A program made the translations under genes and the position numbers. 64,000 nucleotides of DNA from Eledone cirrhosa (taxonomy: Eukaryota). The first letter of the stretch is position 1, and every line of letters starts with the position of its first letter. Shown piece by piece: positions 13,226 to 26,242 of the stretch. The stretch spans positions 124,001 to 188,000 of the forward strand of contig OZ024751.1 of the NCBI GenBank assembly GCA_964016885.1, given 5' to 3'. The notes beneath the pieces were generated by a model that was not told the DNA's origin, searched no databases, and was given only the letters and a program-made list of their open reading frames with translations.

Positions 13226-16195
13226 ATCATCATCATCATCATCATTTTACGTCCGATTTTCCCTGCTTGCAAGGGTGGGACGGGTCTTATTCAGCACAGG
13301 ATCTCTCCACTTGTCACGGTCCTTCGTCATCTACACCGTGAGCTTCTGAGGTCTGTTCTCACCACCTCCGCCCATGTTTTTCATGGTCTACCTCTACCAC
13401 ATCTTCCTTCAACTGGCACTTCTTCACTCATCGGTCATCCTCCATGCGCATCACATGTCCATACCACCGCAGTCTCCTCTCTCGCACACTACATTCTATG
13501 CCTCTCAGACACAGTTTCTCTCTCAATACATCCATGCTGGGTCGTTCACGCACATTGACATTGCACATCCAGCGGAGCATGCTTGCCTCATTTCTCTCCA
13601 GCCGTCGCATATCCTCTGCAGTTGCTGCCCATGTCTCACTACCATGCAGCATCGTGCACCTCACACAGGCATCGTACAACCGGCCTTTCATACGCAGGGA
13701 GAAAACCTTCTTCGTCAGCAGAGGAAGCAGCTCCCTAAACTTCTTCCAACCCATCCTTATTCTAGATACTATGGCCTCGGAACACCCCTCTCCCATGCTA
13801 ATCTGATCTAGGTACCGGAAGCTATCCACCACTTCTATAGCACCCGCCTGCCTTTGAAAAATGTGTCTATCAATGCGACTTCTACTGTCTAATTTCCCTG
13901 TACATCTACTGCATACGTATTTCTCCCTACCTGTTAGCTTGCCTGCTATTCTACTACATCTCTTGTGTACCCAGGATCTGCATTGTGTGCATTTTATAGA
14001 ATTTATGCCAGTTCCTTTTCTGCATTTCAAACATGCTCATTTCCCTGACGGAATCAGAGTTTTGTCCTCTTTTCTACTCATCAACACTTTTGTCTTAGCT
14101 AGGTTCACTCTCAGTCCTCTTGATTCCAACTGCTGTTTCCATAGCCAGAATTTATTCTCTAGCTCCTCTACTGATTCTGCTATAAGAACCAGATAATCAG
14201 CATAAAGAAGTTCCCATGAACAGCCAGTCTTAAACTCCTCTGTTATGGCTTGGAGGACTATAATGAACAAGAGCGTGCTGAGGACCGAACCTTGATGTAC
14301 TCCTACTATCTGGAATTCCTCACTAAACTCCATTCCTACCCTGACTTTACTGACAGCACCTCTGTACAAAGTTTGCACTGTCCTCACAAGCCATTCCTCA
14401 ACAGCTAGTTTCCTTAGGGACCACCAGATGAAAGATCGAGGTACCCTATCAAAGGCCTTCTCGAGGTCAACAAAAGCTAAGTATAGTGGGTTATTCTCCT
14501 CTAAGAACCTCTCTTGTAATTATCTCACCAAGAAGAGGGCATCTGATGTACTTTTCCCAGGCACAAAATCAAACTGCATCTCATCAAGTTTGACCCTTTC
14601 TCTAATTAGTTGTGCTAATATCCTTTCTGCCACTTTCATAACCTGATCCATCAGTTTTATACCCCTATAATTGCTCCTCTCCAGAGCATCCCCTTTACCT
14701 TTGTAGCATGTTATGAGAATACTGCTGCACCAGTCTTTGGGTATGCCACCACCATATATAGCCTGATTGATGATGCATGCAACCAGTTTAGTGCCTACGT
14801 CCCCTGATACCTTCAGCATTTCAGCAACTATCTTCGACAGTCCAGCAGCCTTACCATTTTTCATTTCCTTAATCGCCTCTTGGACCCTATATTTGTCAAT
14901 CTCAATAGCTGGTCCCTCTGTCGGATCTACTGAGGGTAATTTCTCTCTCCCATTTATTCTCCACATTCATCAGTCTCTCATAATGACATTTCCAGGCCTC
15001 CTTTTTCTGATCATTCGTGACACTAAGTACACCGCATCATTCCGGACACATTTATCTCCAACAACATCCTGATTTTCATTGACACACTGCCTTGCAATGT
15101 GGAACACCACACGCTTCTGATCTTCCCGTCACAGAACATTGGCAAACCTCCTACTCTCAGCCTCCCTGCGTGCTAAGTACACCTGATGCCTAGCTTCTCT
15201 CTTAGCGGCTGTATATCCTTCTCTACTCCCACCCTTTTTCCAAGCCTTCCATGCTAATCTTTTGTCTCTAATGGCCCTATCTACTGTGCTGTTCCACCAC
15301 CAGGTCACTCTCTGTCTGGTTGGAGCTCTGCTCCAGCCACAAGTTTCATCAGTAGCCTGCAGTAAGTTGTCACGTAAGAAATTCCCATTATTATCTGTCA
15401 TACAACTCTAAATCGTCTGCTTTTTTGTTATACACATCTTGAAGGGCTTTCCTAAATTTGTATTTTAGTGAAAAGTCTTTTAGCTTCCAGACGTTTCTTC
15501 TCCACACCTTCCTGTATGTCTCATTCCATCTCTTGCTTACTGAGATATCACTAACGACTAACTTATGCTGTGGGGTACATTCTTCCCTAGGGTATGCCTT
15601 GGTATTTGACACCATCTGCCTATCCCGCTGCCTAACTAGTAATAAATCAATCTGGCTTATGTGCTCGCCTGATTTGTCGGTGATTAGGTGGTTGGCAGGT
15701 TTCTGGAAGTTAGTGTTGCAAATAGTCGGTGTACTTGCATCACAACATTCAAGAAGTCTCACTCCTTCTTCATTTCTTGAGCCGTAACCGTACCCATAAC
15801 GATGTCTCCGTCCTCTGTCATTGTGGCTGTTTGTAAAAGTTGCTTGTAAAAGCAGTCTCTCTCTTCTTTGCCTAGGCCTGCTTGGGGAGCATAGGCAGAG
15901 ATGATTGTCAGTAGTCTCCTGCCTACAACTAATCTAAGCTTAATTATTGGATTATTAACTCCGAACTACCTCTATTGTCTCATCTCTCAGCAGGAAAATG
16001 CCTACTCCCCCTAACCCATCATCCTTACCTACCCAGAAAAGCTTATAGCTAAGATGTTTGCCTGAGATTAGTCTCGCAGAGGCACCTCACCATCTTGCAC
16101 ACATCCACATGCCTTCTCTCCAGCATCTCCGCTATTTCACCAGATCTACCTGTGAGAGTGCCAACATTAAGTGTTGCAACTCTGAGATGCGACGT
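13226..16195 (-). mobile_element. RTE LINE, near full-length ORF2, decayed (subfamily B)
   Basis: APE start (VATLNVGTLTGRS) through RT, C4HC3 finger and RRLRWYGHV, split over several ORFs; (GAT)n tail. Confidence 0.93.
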
Positions 16196-17091
16196 CTTCA
16201 TATTTTTGTTGTTCCTATATATTTGTTGCTGTGCTCATAATTGTTTAGGCATTGATACACTGGTTGGATGCCCTTCCTAACACCAGTGCCACTTTACAGC
16301 ATGGACTGGGTGCTTTTATTCGTGCCACCAGCACTAGAGAGGATGTCTTACTGGACTCATGGACCCTCCTACCCCTCCATTTTACAGCATGGTCATAAAA
16401 AAAAAAAAAAATAACACCACTTATTGACACTCACGGCACACACACACTCATTCACACACCAACACTCATGCATACAAACACACACGCCACTCACACACCA
16501 ACACTCATGCATACAAACACACACACGCCACTCACACACACACATACATATATTACATATATATATATATATATACACACATGTGTGTGTGTATATATAT
16601 GTACACGTGTGTGTATGTGTATATATTTATATATATATACACACGTGTGTGTATGTATATATATATACACGTGTGTGTATGTGTATATATTTATATATAT
16701 ATTTATATATACACACACGTGTGTGTATATATATGTGTGTGTGTGTGTGTGTGTATGTAAAAGGTAAACAGAAATAAAACAGTACAGTATATGGAAATGT
16801 GAGTGTATGTACATATTCACACACACAAAGTAAATGTGTTAGTACATTTCTTTTTACTCAATTTTGATTAGATAGTTAATAGAATTCTATTTTATACCCG
16901 TTTTTTAGATTTTTACAGGTAATTTTAAGGAACCCCTTCTCAAGTTGTCTTATATCAGGTAATATATTATGGGGGTGGGTGTCACTACCAGATGGTATTG
17001 TTTTAACTGTTGTATATTTCAACATGTGAATAAATACTCGTATGAAATGGCTGTTTTCTGTTTCGTCGGAATATTGAAGCTTTTATATTAG

Positions 17092-17661
17092 TACTAGATG
17101 AGATACCCGGCTTCGCCTGGGAGAATAGTTAAGAGAAGATAGATAAAAGAGAAAACGACTGTATTGGATGTGTTGTCTGGTTTACAGTATGAGGTGAGAT
17201 TGTAATGTGTGGGTGTGTGAGAGAGACATAAACAAAAGAATCATAACACTTTCTTACTAGGTTGGGGGAGTAAACTGTTGATTAAATTGTAGCATTGGCC
17301 TTGGATTTTAAATGTTGTGATATAAGCATAGTCAGTGTGATCTTTTTCAGCTCCAAAGGACGTCATTTGAAACAGCAATATACCGCATAACATTGCTTCT
17401 GAAGTGTTTAACTTCGTTAGTACCATCTGTAAGTAGTATATGGATAAAAGCTGGAGGGTAGATTAATTTCAAATAGTATCAATTTTTCTTTGTTCTGTAA
17501 AATCAAAGACTGTAAAACTACTTTATAATAGCTAACGCAATATTGTTAAACCTTCCTATAAAGGATCTATAGTTTAAGCCATTTCTAGACTTTCATGGGA
17601 CGTTACTCTCTCTCCCCCTCTCTCTCTCTCTCCCCCTCTCTCTCTCTCCCCCTCTCTCTCT

Positions 17662-17702
<41 letters not shown>

Positions 17703-17775
17703 ATCTCTCTTTAGATGTGTGTGTAGTTTTTGTGTGTAGATTCAACCAACCAATAAACCTTTTTATATTAGTATT
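17092..17775 (-). mobile_element. Helitron/Helentron remnant
   Basis: Peptide FQMTSFGA...TFKIQGQCYNLINSLLP resembles the Helitron RepHel N-terminal region; actag...cccggcttcgcctggg terminus. Confidence 0.65.
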
Positions 17776-17779
17776 ATCA

Positions 17780-18165
17780 TCCAGTCGAGGTTAGCTTTGT
17801 CTGTCATCTTTATGGGATTGATAAAATAAAGTATAGAGTACCAGTAACGTCCCTTTATGTTCCGAGTTCAAATCCTGTGAAGGTTAGCTTTGCTTTTCAT
17901 CCTTACGAGGTCGATAAAATAAAATACTAGTAATGTGCTGGGGTCGATTTAATCAACTTTCCCCTCTCCATAAATTGTTGGTCTTGTGCTTCAATCAGAA
18001 ACCATTATGCTTTGCAGCATAGAGTTACGTCCTTAGCCATCTGAGTTCAAATCCCGCCGAGGTTAACTTTGCCTTTCATCCTTACGGGGTCGATAAAATA
18101 AAGTACCAGTAATGCACTGGGGTATTAGCTGGTCTTGTGCCAAAAGTAGAAACAATTATTATTAT
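17780..18165 (+). mobile_element. Cluster of tRNA-derived SINE fragments with Meta-like central domain
   Basis: GAGTTCAAATCC B-box plus GCCTTTCATCCTTACGGGGTCGATAAAATAAAGTACCAG; three partial copies. Confidence 0.8.
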
Positions 18166-18180
18166 CATAAATTAATATTA

Positions 18181-18495
18181 CGAGGGTTGCTGAAAAGTTC
18201 CTGGTTTTCAGGGTATCGCGAAAGAGTAAAGCTGTTACCTTTACAGGGGAGGTAGGACTGTTGCAAGACGTTTACCTTTACAGGGGAGGTATGGTTGCTG
18301 CAATAACTGTCTGGGAGGGGAATATGTTGGATAAAAACGTAATTAACTGATCCTCCTGTATTTTCTATCTTAAGGGTTAGGAGTCGTTGGAGTGAAGAAA
18401 TCGAGTTAACTCCGACTGTGCAGTGAAAGCGAGAACGTGACACATCGTCACCAGCTGTGTCGGGGCTGCGGTGGCAGTTTGTTTCCACCATTGTT
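18181..18495. mobile_element. Mariner-like terminal fragment
   Basis: TA followed by CGAGGGTTGCTGAAAAGTTCCTGG, a mariner-type TIR; no partner TIR seen. Confidence 0.5.
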
Positions 18496-18502
18496 TCCAC
18501 CC

Positions 18503-18572
18503 CACTTTGATTTCTTTTTCTCTGCTTAACAATATGCTTAAGTTCGGCGGGTAGTCACGTCCGAGTAGAGGG
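18503..18572 (-). pseudogene. 28S rRNA 5'-end fragment
   Basis: Minus strand ACCCGCCGAACTTAAGCATATTGTTAAGCAGAGAAAAAGAAA resembles the conserved LSU start (LR0R/ITS4 primer region). Confidence 0.85.
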
Positions 18573-18652
18573 TATATCGTTAAGCAGTGGAAAAGAAACC
18601 AAACCGGGCAGGGCCCCGGGGCTGCAACGTGCGTTTGTTTTTTCTGCTGCTG

Positions 18653-18830
18653 GCGCCGGTTATCCCGAGGGAAACTTCGGAGGGGACCAGCTACTAGACG
18701 GCTCAATTGATCTTTCGCCCCTACACCCAGTTCCAACGATCGATTTGCACATCAGAGGCATTTCAGACTTCCACCAGAGTTCCTTCTGGCTTCATCCCGA
18801 CCAGGCGTGGATCGCCATCTTTTGGGGCCC
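18653..18830 (-). pseudogene. 28S rRNA internal fragment (post-D3, LR5 primer region), degenerate
   Basis: Plus strand TATCCCGAGGGAAACTTCGGAGGGGACCAGCTACTAGA...TCTTTCGCCCCTACACCC...CCACCAGAGTT. Confidence 0.9.
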
Positions 18831-19508
18831 CGGCCGCCTGCTACACCTGAGTTGGAGCATGCCATGCCAACAAATGACACACAGTTCTGTCCAGTAAAGC
18901 AAACAACTGGAGGCCCCAGGGACATTGATGGCCACGATCTACTCTCAAACTCGGAACAGGTGAAACGGGCCGGTCCTCCCTCGATCAGAGGCGGCTACCA
19001 TCTCAGCAACGAATGCACGGTGCCAAGTGGGCCACTTTTTGTAATCAGAACTGGTGATCTGGAATGTCTTCAAGTGCACACAGCCTTCAGCCAATCAGCC
19101 AGTATGATCAATGGAATCTCCACCTAAGGCAATCAGTAACTGTTCCCTGGCAAATTGAAGGTAAGCGCATGTTTGTTTTCTTTTATCTATTTAGTTTATT
19201 TTTATTTGAACATGTGAACGTCGTAAATTCAAAGATAGAAAACTATAGGACAGAAGCAGCTACAAATAACTGTAATAACAGTCTATCATGATAGGTAATA
19301 GTTAAGAAAATTGAGTAAACTACCCTTAGAGACAGAAAACAGTAGACAGACAGCTACATAGGAAACCCACTCAAGTCGCAAACGCCACTCAAAAAAACAG
19401 CAACACCAGGGGCGATAGTACTAGCAACGAGGAAAGCATTGTTTCTTTGGTCTGATCTAGAAAATTTGGCTTTTTCTAACTTTAGTATATCGAAGTAAGG
19501 TATGATCC

Positions 19509-19833
19509 CGTAACTCCTGATAGTCCTAGTGGCGTGTTGACATATTTTGGGTATCTTATGCCTGGCAGAGCCGATCCCTCTCCAGGCCTGAGTACAGCAG
19601 ATTTATTCCAGAGAAAGATAGAAAGTGAGAGAGAGGAAATGAGAAAGAGATATAGAGGGTTTTATAAAAGCTTTTATTAACGGTAAATTACACAGCTCAT
19701 TCCTTGTACTGTTTTGCTCTGCTGACCGGTGATGCCCTTTCTTGATGGCTGCATCATCGTTCTTCCTTGCCTCGTGATCTCCCTGTGACTGCATGAAACT
19801 TAACTCCCGAGAGTTCACTTAATAGGAATCACA
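19509..19833 (-). repeat. Dispersed repeat, possible solo LTR; partial second copy at ~48466-48592
   Basis: Shared gtaactcctgat...atccctctccagg...gcagattt; ends in -TCACA; AATAAA on minus strand; no TSD seen. Confidence 0.35.
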
Positions 19834-20254
19834 ACGGCTATGATTAGCAGACGATAACACCAAGATACTAATTAGCAACTATCCCATTTTCTTTTACCCA
19901 AAGCCAAGAATTTTCAGCACCCTCTCGTATATTGTACTGTGCTGTGTCCCGTAATTCCTGTAAAATTTCTAAGTTCAAATCCCGTCGAGGTTAACTTTGC
20001 CTTTCCTCCTTACAGGTTCGATAAAATAAAGTACCAGTAATGCACTGGGTAATTGCTGGCTTTGTGCCAAAAGTAGAAACAATTATATTAACCCACAATA
20101 TACCACTGGAGATATCATACCCTATTAGTTTCCTTGATAGTGGTGTATATAGAGGCATATATGTGTTCATGTACAATATACATAGCCAGACTCTTGTTTG
20201 TTTGTTTGTACATAAACATATAGTATATTCCGTCATATACATCTTTATTATATG

Positions 20255-20525
20255 CTTCGATGTCGCAGTCACACACAACGTCCCCGTCCTTTAAATATCC
20301 CCATTTTGGAAGAGTAACTTTTGCACGTCCAACACCAGATCTTAGTCTGTTTAGGCATTTCCACACTGCATAGTTTGAACCTGCTCCAGAGAGCAGTGCC
20401 TCGCTCTCTGTTAGCTGATGATCATCTCCTTTCCTTTCATTCCGTTAGAAACCCTATGTCTCAGGGTACTGGAAAACCTGATCACCCTGTAGCAAACATG
20501 AGAGCAAGCCTGTACAGGATTGATT
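20255..20525 (-). mobile_element. Ingi/Vingi-like LINE C-terminal fragment
   Basis: WKCLNRLRSGVGRAKVTLPKWGY...CDC motif. Confidence 0.6.
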
Positions 20526-20647
20526 GACCTGGTAAAAATAGCAGCAAAATCTCCTTCAAATCTTACTTGCCTTAGAAAAAGAAAGAATGTAGTCTTAGAC
20601 AGTGTCTTAAGAAAGAAGGATGGTCAATTCTTGAATGTGTTTGATCA

Positions 20648-20687
20648 TGTAGTAGTGGTGGTAGGTGCTGTGGCAGCAACTGCATTG

Positions 20688-20726
<39 letters not shown>

Positions 20727-20802
20727 CTAGTAGTAGTAGTAGCAGTAATGGTGGTGGCGGTAGTAGTTGCTGGAGCAGTAACTGCATTAATAGTAGTAGT
20801 AG
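20648..20802. repeat. (GTA)n/(GTG)n microsatellite
   Basis: Direct inspection. Confidence 0.9.
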
Positions 20803-20877
20803 ACAATGATTTTATAACCTTGGCAGAGGGCCACACTTTTGTGGGGGGAAAGGCAGAAATGATATTGACTTCAATGA

Positions 20878-23495
20878 TGTTGTAAGGAGCTGATCTTATT
20901 GATGGGAGGGAGGAACATTACTATATGGTGGTGATGGTGTTGTTGTGAGGAGCTGATCTTATTGATGGGGGCAGGGCTGTAACAATACTATGTGGTGGTG
21001 GTGGTGGGGGTGTTGTGAAGACCTGATCTTATTGATGGGGGCAGGGCTGTAACAATACTATATGGCGTTGGTGGTGGTGTTGTGATGACCTGATCTTATT
21101 GATGGGGGCAGGGCTGTAACAATACTATATGGCGTTGGTGGTGGTGTTGTGATGACCTGATCTTATTGATGGGGGCAGGGCTGTAACAATACTATATGGC
21201 GTTGGTGGTGTTGTGATGACCTGATCTTATTGATGGGGGCAGGGCTGTAACAATACTATATGGCGTTGGTAGTGGTGTTGTGAAGACCTGATCTTATTGA
21301 TGGGGGCAGGGCTGTAACAATACTATGTGGCGTTGGTGGTGGTGTTGTGATGACCTGATCTTATTGATGGGGGCAGGGCTGTAACAATACTATATGGCGT
21401 TGGTGGTGGTGTTGTGATGACCTGATCTTATTGATGGGGGCAGGGCTGTAACAATACTATATGGCGTTGGTGGTGGTGTTGTGATGACCTGATCTTATTG
21501 ATGGGGGCAGGGCTGTAACAATACTATATGGCGTTGGTGGTGGTGTTGTGATGACCTGATCTTATTGATGGGGGCAGGGCTGTAACAATACTATATGGTG
21601 GTGATGGTGGTGTTGTGATGACCTGATCTTATTGATGGGGGCAGGGCTGTAACAATACTATATGGCGTTGGTGGTGGTGTTGTGATGACCTGATCTTATT
21701 GATGGGGGCAGGGCTGTAACAATACTATATGGTGGTGATGGTGGTGTTGTGAAGACCTGATCTTATTGATGGGGGCAGGGCTGTAACAATACTATATGGC
21801 GTTGGTGGTGGTGTTGTGATGACCTGATCTTATTGATGGGGGCAGGGCTGTAATAATACTATATGGCGTTGGTGGGGGTGTTGTGATGACCTGATCTTAT
21901 TGATGGGGGCAGGGCTGTAACAATACTATATGGCGTTGGTGGGGGTGTTGTGATGACCTGATCTTATTGATGGGGGCAGGGCTGTAACAATACTATATGG
22001 TGTTGGTGGTGGTGTTGTGATGACCTGATCTTATTGATGGGGGCAGGGCTGTAACAATACTATATGGCGTTGGTGGTGTGATGACCTGATCTTATTGATG
22101 GGGGCAGGGCTGTAACAATACTATGTGGTGTTGGTGGGGGTGTTGTGATGACCTGATCTTATTGATGGGGGCAGGGCTGTAACTACTATATGTCGTTGGT
22201 GGGGGTGTTGTGAAGACCTGATCTTATTGATGGGGGCAGGGCTGTAACAATACTATGTGGTGTTGGTGGTGGTGGTGGTGTGATGACCTGAACTTATTGA
22301 TGGGGGCAGGGCTGTAACAATACTATGTGGCGTTGGTGGGGGTGTTGTGAAGACCTGATCTTATTGATGGGGGCAGGGCTGTAACAATACTATATGGTGG
22401 TGGTGGTGGTGGTGTTGTGATGACCTGATCTTATTGATGGGGGCAGGGCTGTAACAATACTATATGGCGTTGGTGGGGGTGTTGTGAAGACCTGATCTTA
22501 TTGATGGGGGCAGGGCTGTAACAATACTATGTGGTGTTGGTGGTGGTGTTGTGATGACCTGATCTTATTGATGGGGGCAGGGCTGTAACAATACTATATG
22601 GCGTTGGTGGGGGTGTTGTGATGACCTGATCTTATTGATGGGGGCAGGGCTGTAACAATACTATATGGCGTTGGTGGGGGTGTTGTGATGACCTGATCTT
22701 ATTGATGGGGGCAGGGCTGTAACAATACTATGTGGCGTTGGTTGGGGTGTTGTGATGACCTGATCTTATTGATGGGGGCAGGGCTGTAACAATACTATAT
22801 GGCGTTGGTGGGGGTGTTGTGATGACCTGATCTTATTGATGGGGGCAGGGCTGTAACAATACTATGTGGTGTTGGTGGTGGTGTTGTGATGACCTGATCT
22901 TATTGATGGGGGCAGGGCTGTAACAATACTATATGGTGGTGATGGTGGTGTTGTGATGACCTGATCTTATTGATGGGGGCAGGGCTGTAACAATACTATA
23001 TGGTGGTGGTGGGGGTGTTGTGAAGACCTGACCTTATTGATGGGGGCAGGGCTGTAACAATACTATATGGTGGTGATGGTGGTGTTGTGATGACCTGATC
23101 TTATTGATGGGGGCAGGGCTGTAACAATACTATATGGCGTTGGTGGTGGTGTTGTGATGACCTGATCTTATTGATGGGGGCAGGGCTGTAACAATACTAT
23201 ATGGCGTTGGTGGTGTGATGACCTGATCTTATTGATGGGGGCAGGGCTGTAACAATACTATGTGGTGTTGGTGGGGGTGTTGTGATGATCTGATCTTATT
23301 GATGGGGGCAGGGCTGTAACTACTATATGGCGTTGGTGGGGGTGTTGTGAAGACCTGATCTTATTGATGGGGGCAGGGCTGTAACAATACTATGTGGTGT
23401 TGGTGGTGTGATGACCTGAACTTATTGATGGGGGCAGGGCTGTAACAATACTATGTGGTGGTATTGTGAACACCAGATCTTATTGATGGCGGTGG
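20878..23495. repeat. ~67-bp minisatellite, about 39 copies
   Basis: Unit GACCTGATCTTATTGATGGGGGCAGGGCTGTAACAATACTATATGGCGTTGGTGGTGGTGTTGTGAT. Confidence 0.97.
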
Positions 23496-23503
23496 GACCA
23501 CTA

Positions 23504-23864
23504 CTCTCAGGTTCCAAATAACAGGAGGGGAATTTGTAAAATTGGTAATTTTTTTAGGTTGTCTCCGTTGATATTTTTCAAAAACCAGAATTAGTCATTT
23601 AGTTTACATATTGAAACCCCAACCCATCCTATTATATCATGTACAGTATTTCTAGTAATGTACGTTTTTTGTCATGTATAATGTTGTTGTTTTTTATGTA
23701 TAAAGAAAATTAATTGTTGCAGGAATGATGCCACTTAAAATAGAATTTGGTTGGAGATTTAATAAGGGGGTGGGTGGAATAAGAGCAGGGGTGTGGAAAA
23801 AAATCAGGAAAATTAATAAGCAGGAGTGTGTGTGTGGGGGGATCAATTATTCGTAATCTGAGAC
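23504..23864. mobile_element. MITE with short imperfect TIRs and TA flanks
   Basis: ta-CTCTCAGGTTCCAAATAA ... TTATTCGTAATCTGAGAC-ta. Confidence 0.55.
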
Positions 23865-24179
23865 TAAAATATGTGAAGACCTCATCTTATTGATGGAGAA
23901 GACTATATCATATGGTGGTGGAGATTACATCATGTTAATACAGATGGTATTAAATGAAACAAATGAATATTTTGCAACCATCAACACTGCTATATAACAT
24001 GGAGGCCAAAATATTGTCTTGTGAAAATTTTGTAAATATTGATAGAACCTTAGGAATAGGTTAGATTTGTCCAAAATGTGAGTAATAGCTGTTTCTAATT
24101 TAGGCACGAAGCCAAAAAGTTTTGGAGGAAGGGAAAAATCTACTATAGCAACCCCAATAATTTACTAAAAAAAATAACA

Positions 24180-24420
24180 AGATGTTTGTTTCAAGCCTGA
24201 AGGCTCATCAGGCCAGTACTTATCTTGGTTTCCATGGTGATAAGTGATTGACAGTACAAGACTCCTCCCCAGGATAGGAAGACAGTCCATCACAGAGTTA
24301 AACCCCCAGCTATTGCTGGTACTCATGTTCAGCTGAGTATACTGGAGCAATGTGAAATGAAGTGTTTTGCTCAAGAACACAACACACGACGCCAGCTTTG
24401 AAACCTTGGGTAGTGCTTTT
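24180..24420 (-). mobile_element. V-domain-like tRNA SINE
   Basis: Homologous to 51808-52155 in the opposite orientation. Confidence 0.65.
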
Positions 24421-24455
24421 GTTCCGTGTATGAACATAAATAATATATATATATA

Positions 24456-24633
24456 TATGAAAAAATTCAGGACCCCGACAGCTGAGCTCCGGCTGTTTCA
24501 ACAGCTTGCTCTAGCTGTTGAAACGGCCGGAGATCAGCTGAATTTTTTCATATTACCCCTACTCTACTACCCCAAGTATTGAGTACTCTGGTGAGTAACT
24601 GTCTAACTGGTTTTTACCACCTCCAATCTGTTA
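24456..24633 (+). mobile_element. Naiad-family PLE terminus with fold-back of the 3' half of the hammerhead
   Basis: Similar to 42081-42130 and to the tail 38081-38160; hairpin ~24456-24553; TA tracts on both sides. Confidence 0.75.
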
Positions 24634-24642
24634 TATATATAT

Positions 24643-26041
24643 ATTAGCGCAACTGATTAGAGAAAGGGTCAATTTAGATGAGATGCAGTTTAGTTTTGTG
24701 CCTCGAAAACAGATGCCCTCTTCATAATGAGGCAACTACATGAGAGGTTCTTAGAGAAGAATAAGCCACTACACTTAGCTTTTGTTGACCTAGAGAAGGC
24801 CTTTGATAGGGTACCCCGATCTGTCATCTGGTGGTCCCTAAGGAAACTAGGGGTAGAGGAATGGCTTGTGAGGACAGTGCAAGCTATGTACAGGGGTGCT
24901 GTCAGTAAAGTGAGAATAGGAATGGGGTTTAGTGAGGAATTCCAGATACAAGTAGGTGTACATCAAGGTTCTGTCCTCGGCCCAATCTTGTTCATTATAG
25001 CTCTCCAAGCCATAACGGAGGAGTTTAAGACTGGATGCCCATGGGAACTTCTTTATGCTGATGATCTGGTTCTTATAGCAGAATCAGTAAAGGAGCTAGA
25101 GAATAAATTCTGGCTATGGAAACAGCAGTTGGAATCAAGAGGACTTAGAGTGAACATAGCTAAGACAAAGGCGTTGATAAGTAGAAAAAGGACAAAACTC
25201 TGATTCCATCAGGAAAATGGCCATGTTTGATATGTAGGAAAGGAACTGGCATAAATTCCATAAAATGTACGCAATGCAGATCTTGGGTACACAAGAGATG
25301 TAGTGGGATAGTAGGCAAACTAACAGGTAGGGAAAACTATATATGCAGTAGATGTACAGGGAAAGTTGGCAGTAGTAATCGCTGTGATAGACTCATTTTT
25401 CCAATGCAGGTGGGTTCTATAGAAGTGGTTGATAGCTTCCGGTACCTAGGTGATCAGATTAGCATGGGAGGGGGGTGTTCCGAGGCCATAGTATTTAGAA
25501 TAAGGACAAGTTGGAAGAAGTTTAGGGAGCTGCTCCCTCTGTTGACAAAGAAGGGTTTCTCCCTGCATACGAAAGGACGGTTATATGATGCCTGTGTGAG
25601 ATGCACAATGCTGCATGGTAGTGAGACATGGGCAGTTACTGCAGAAGATATGCTACGGCTGGAGAGAAATGAAGCAAGTATGCTCCATTGGATATGCAAT
25701 GTCAATGTGCGTGAACGACCAAGCATAGACGAGTTGAGAAAGAAACTGAGTATAAGAGGGATAAGTTGTGGTGTGCAGGAGAGAAGGCTGAGATGGTATG
25801 GACATGTGATGTGCATGGAGGATGACCAATGGGTGAAGAAGTGCCAGGAAGTCCCAGTGGAGGGAAGACGTAGTAGAGGTAGAGCACGAAAAACATGGGC
25901 GGGGATGGTGAGAACAGACCCCAGATTGCTGAAACTCAGGAGGAGATGACGAAGGACCACGACGGGTGGAGAGATGCTCTGCTGAATAGGATCCATCCAA
26001 CCCTTGCAAGCAGGGAAAAACGGACGTAAAATGATGATGAT
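24643..26041 (+). mobile_element. RTE LINE, 5'-truncated (subfamily B)
   Basis: [20 protein letters not shown]4HC3 finger, RRLRWYGHV; frameshifts; (GAT)n tail. Confidence 0.93.
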
Positions 26042-26206
26042 ATATATATATATATACACACACACATATGTGCATGTCTGTATATAAATGTATTATAGTG
26101 TGTGTGTTTTATATATATATATATATAGGAAAGTAAAAAACAACAATACAGGAGTACAAGTTACAAAAGGTATTAAGTTCACGCTTAGTAAGAGTGGGGT
26201 GTGTGG

Positions 26207-26242
26207 GTGCGACGTTTTGGGCATGAGCCCTTCATCAGGAGA
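26207..26242 (-). ncRNA. Minimal PLE-type hammerhead with G12A change
   Basis: Minus strand: CTGATGA A GGGC tcat GCCC AAAACGTC; same family as 12240-12274. Confidence 0.55.

Noticed and set aside
16925-16950. TTGAGAAG on the minus strand as another U3-A8 hammerhead
   Set aside because: No matching stem II, GAAA or stem I found
18503-18830. Functional rRNA gene
   Set aside because: Short, permuted and mutated at conserved positions
18850-19166. Host exon ending at GAAG/GTAAGC
   Set aside because: No recognisable peptide or clear acceptor; a donor-like motif alone is insufficient
20878-23495. CRISPR-like constant repeat with variable spacer
   Set aside because: Linkers are variants of the same (GGT)n sequence rather than unique spacers; eukaryotic context; no cas genes
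24185-24215. CTGATGAGCC-ttca-GGC-TT-GAAAC on the minus strand, hammerhead-like
   Set aside because: Extra bases before GAAA, no stem III or stem I; it is the SINE tail, and the homolog near 52125 lacks GAAAC
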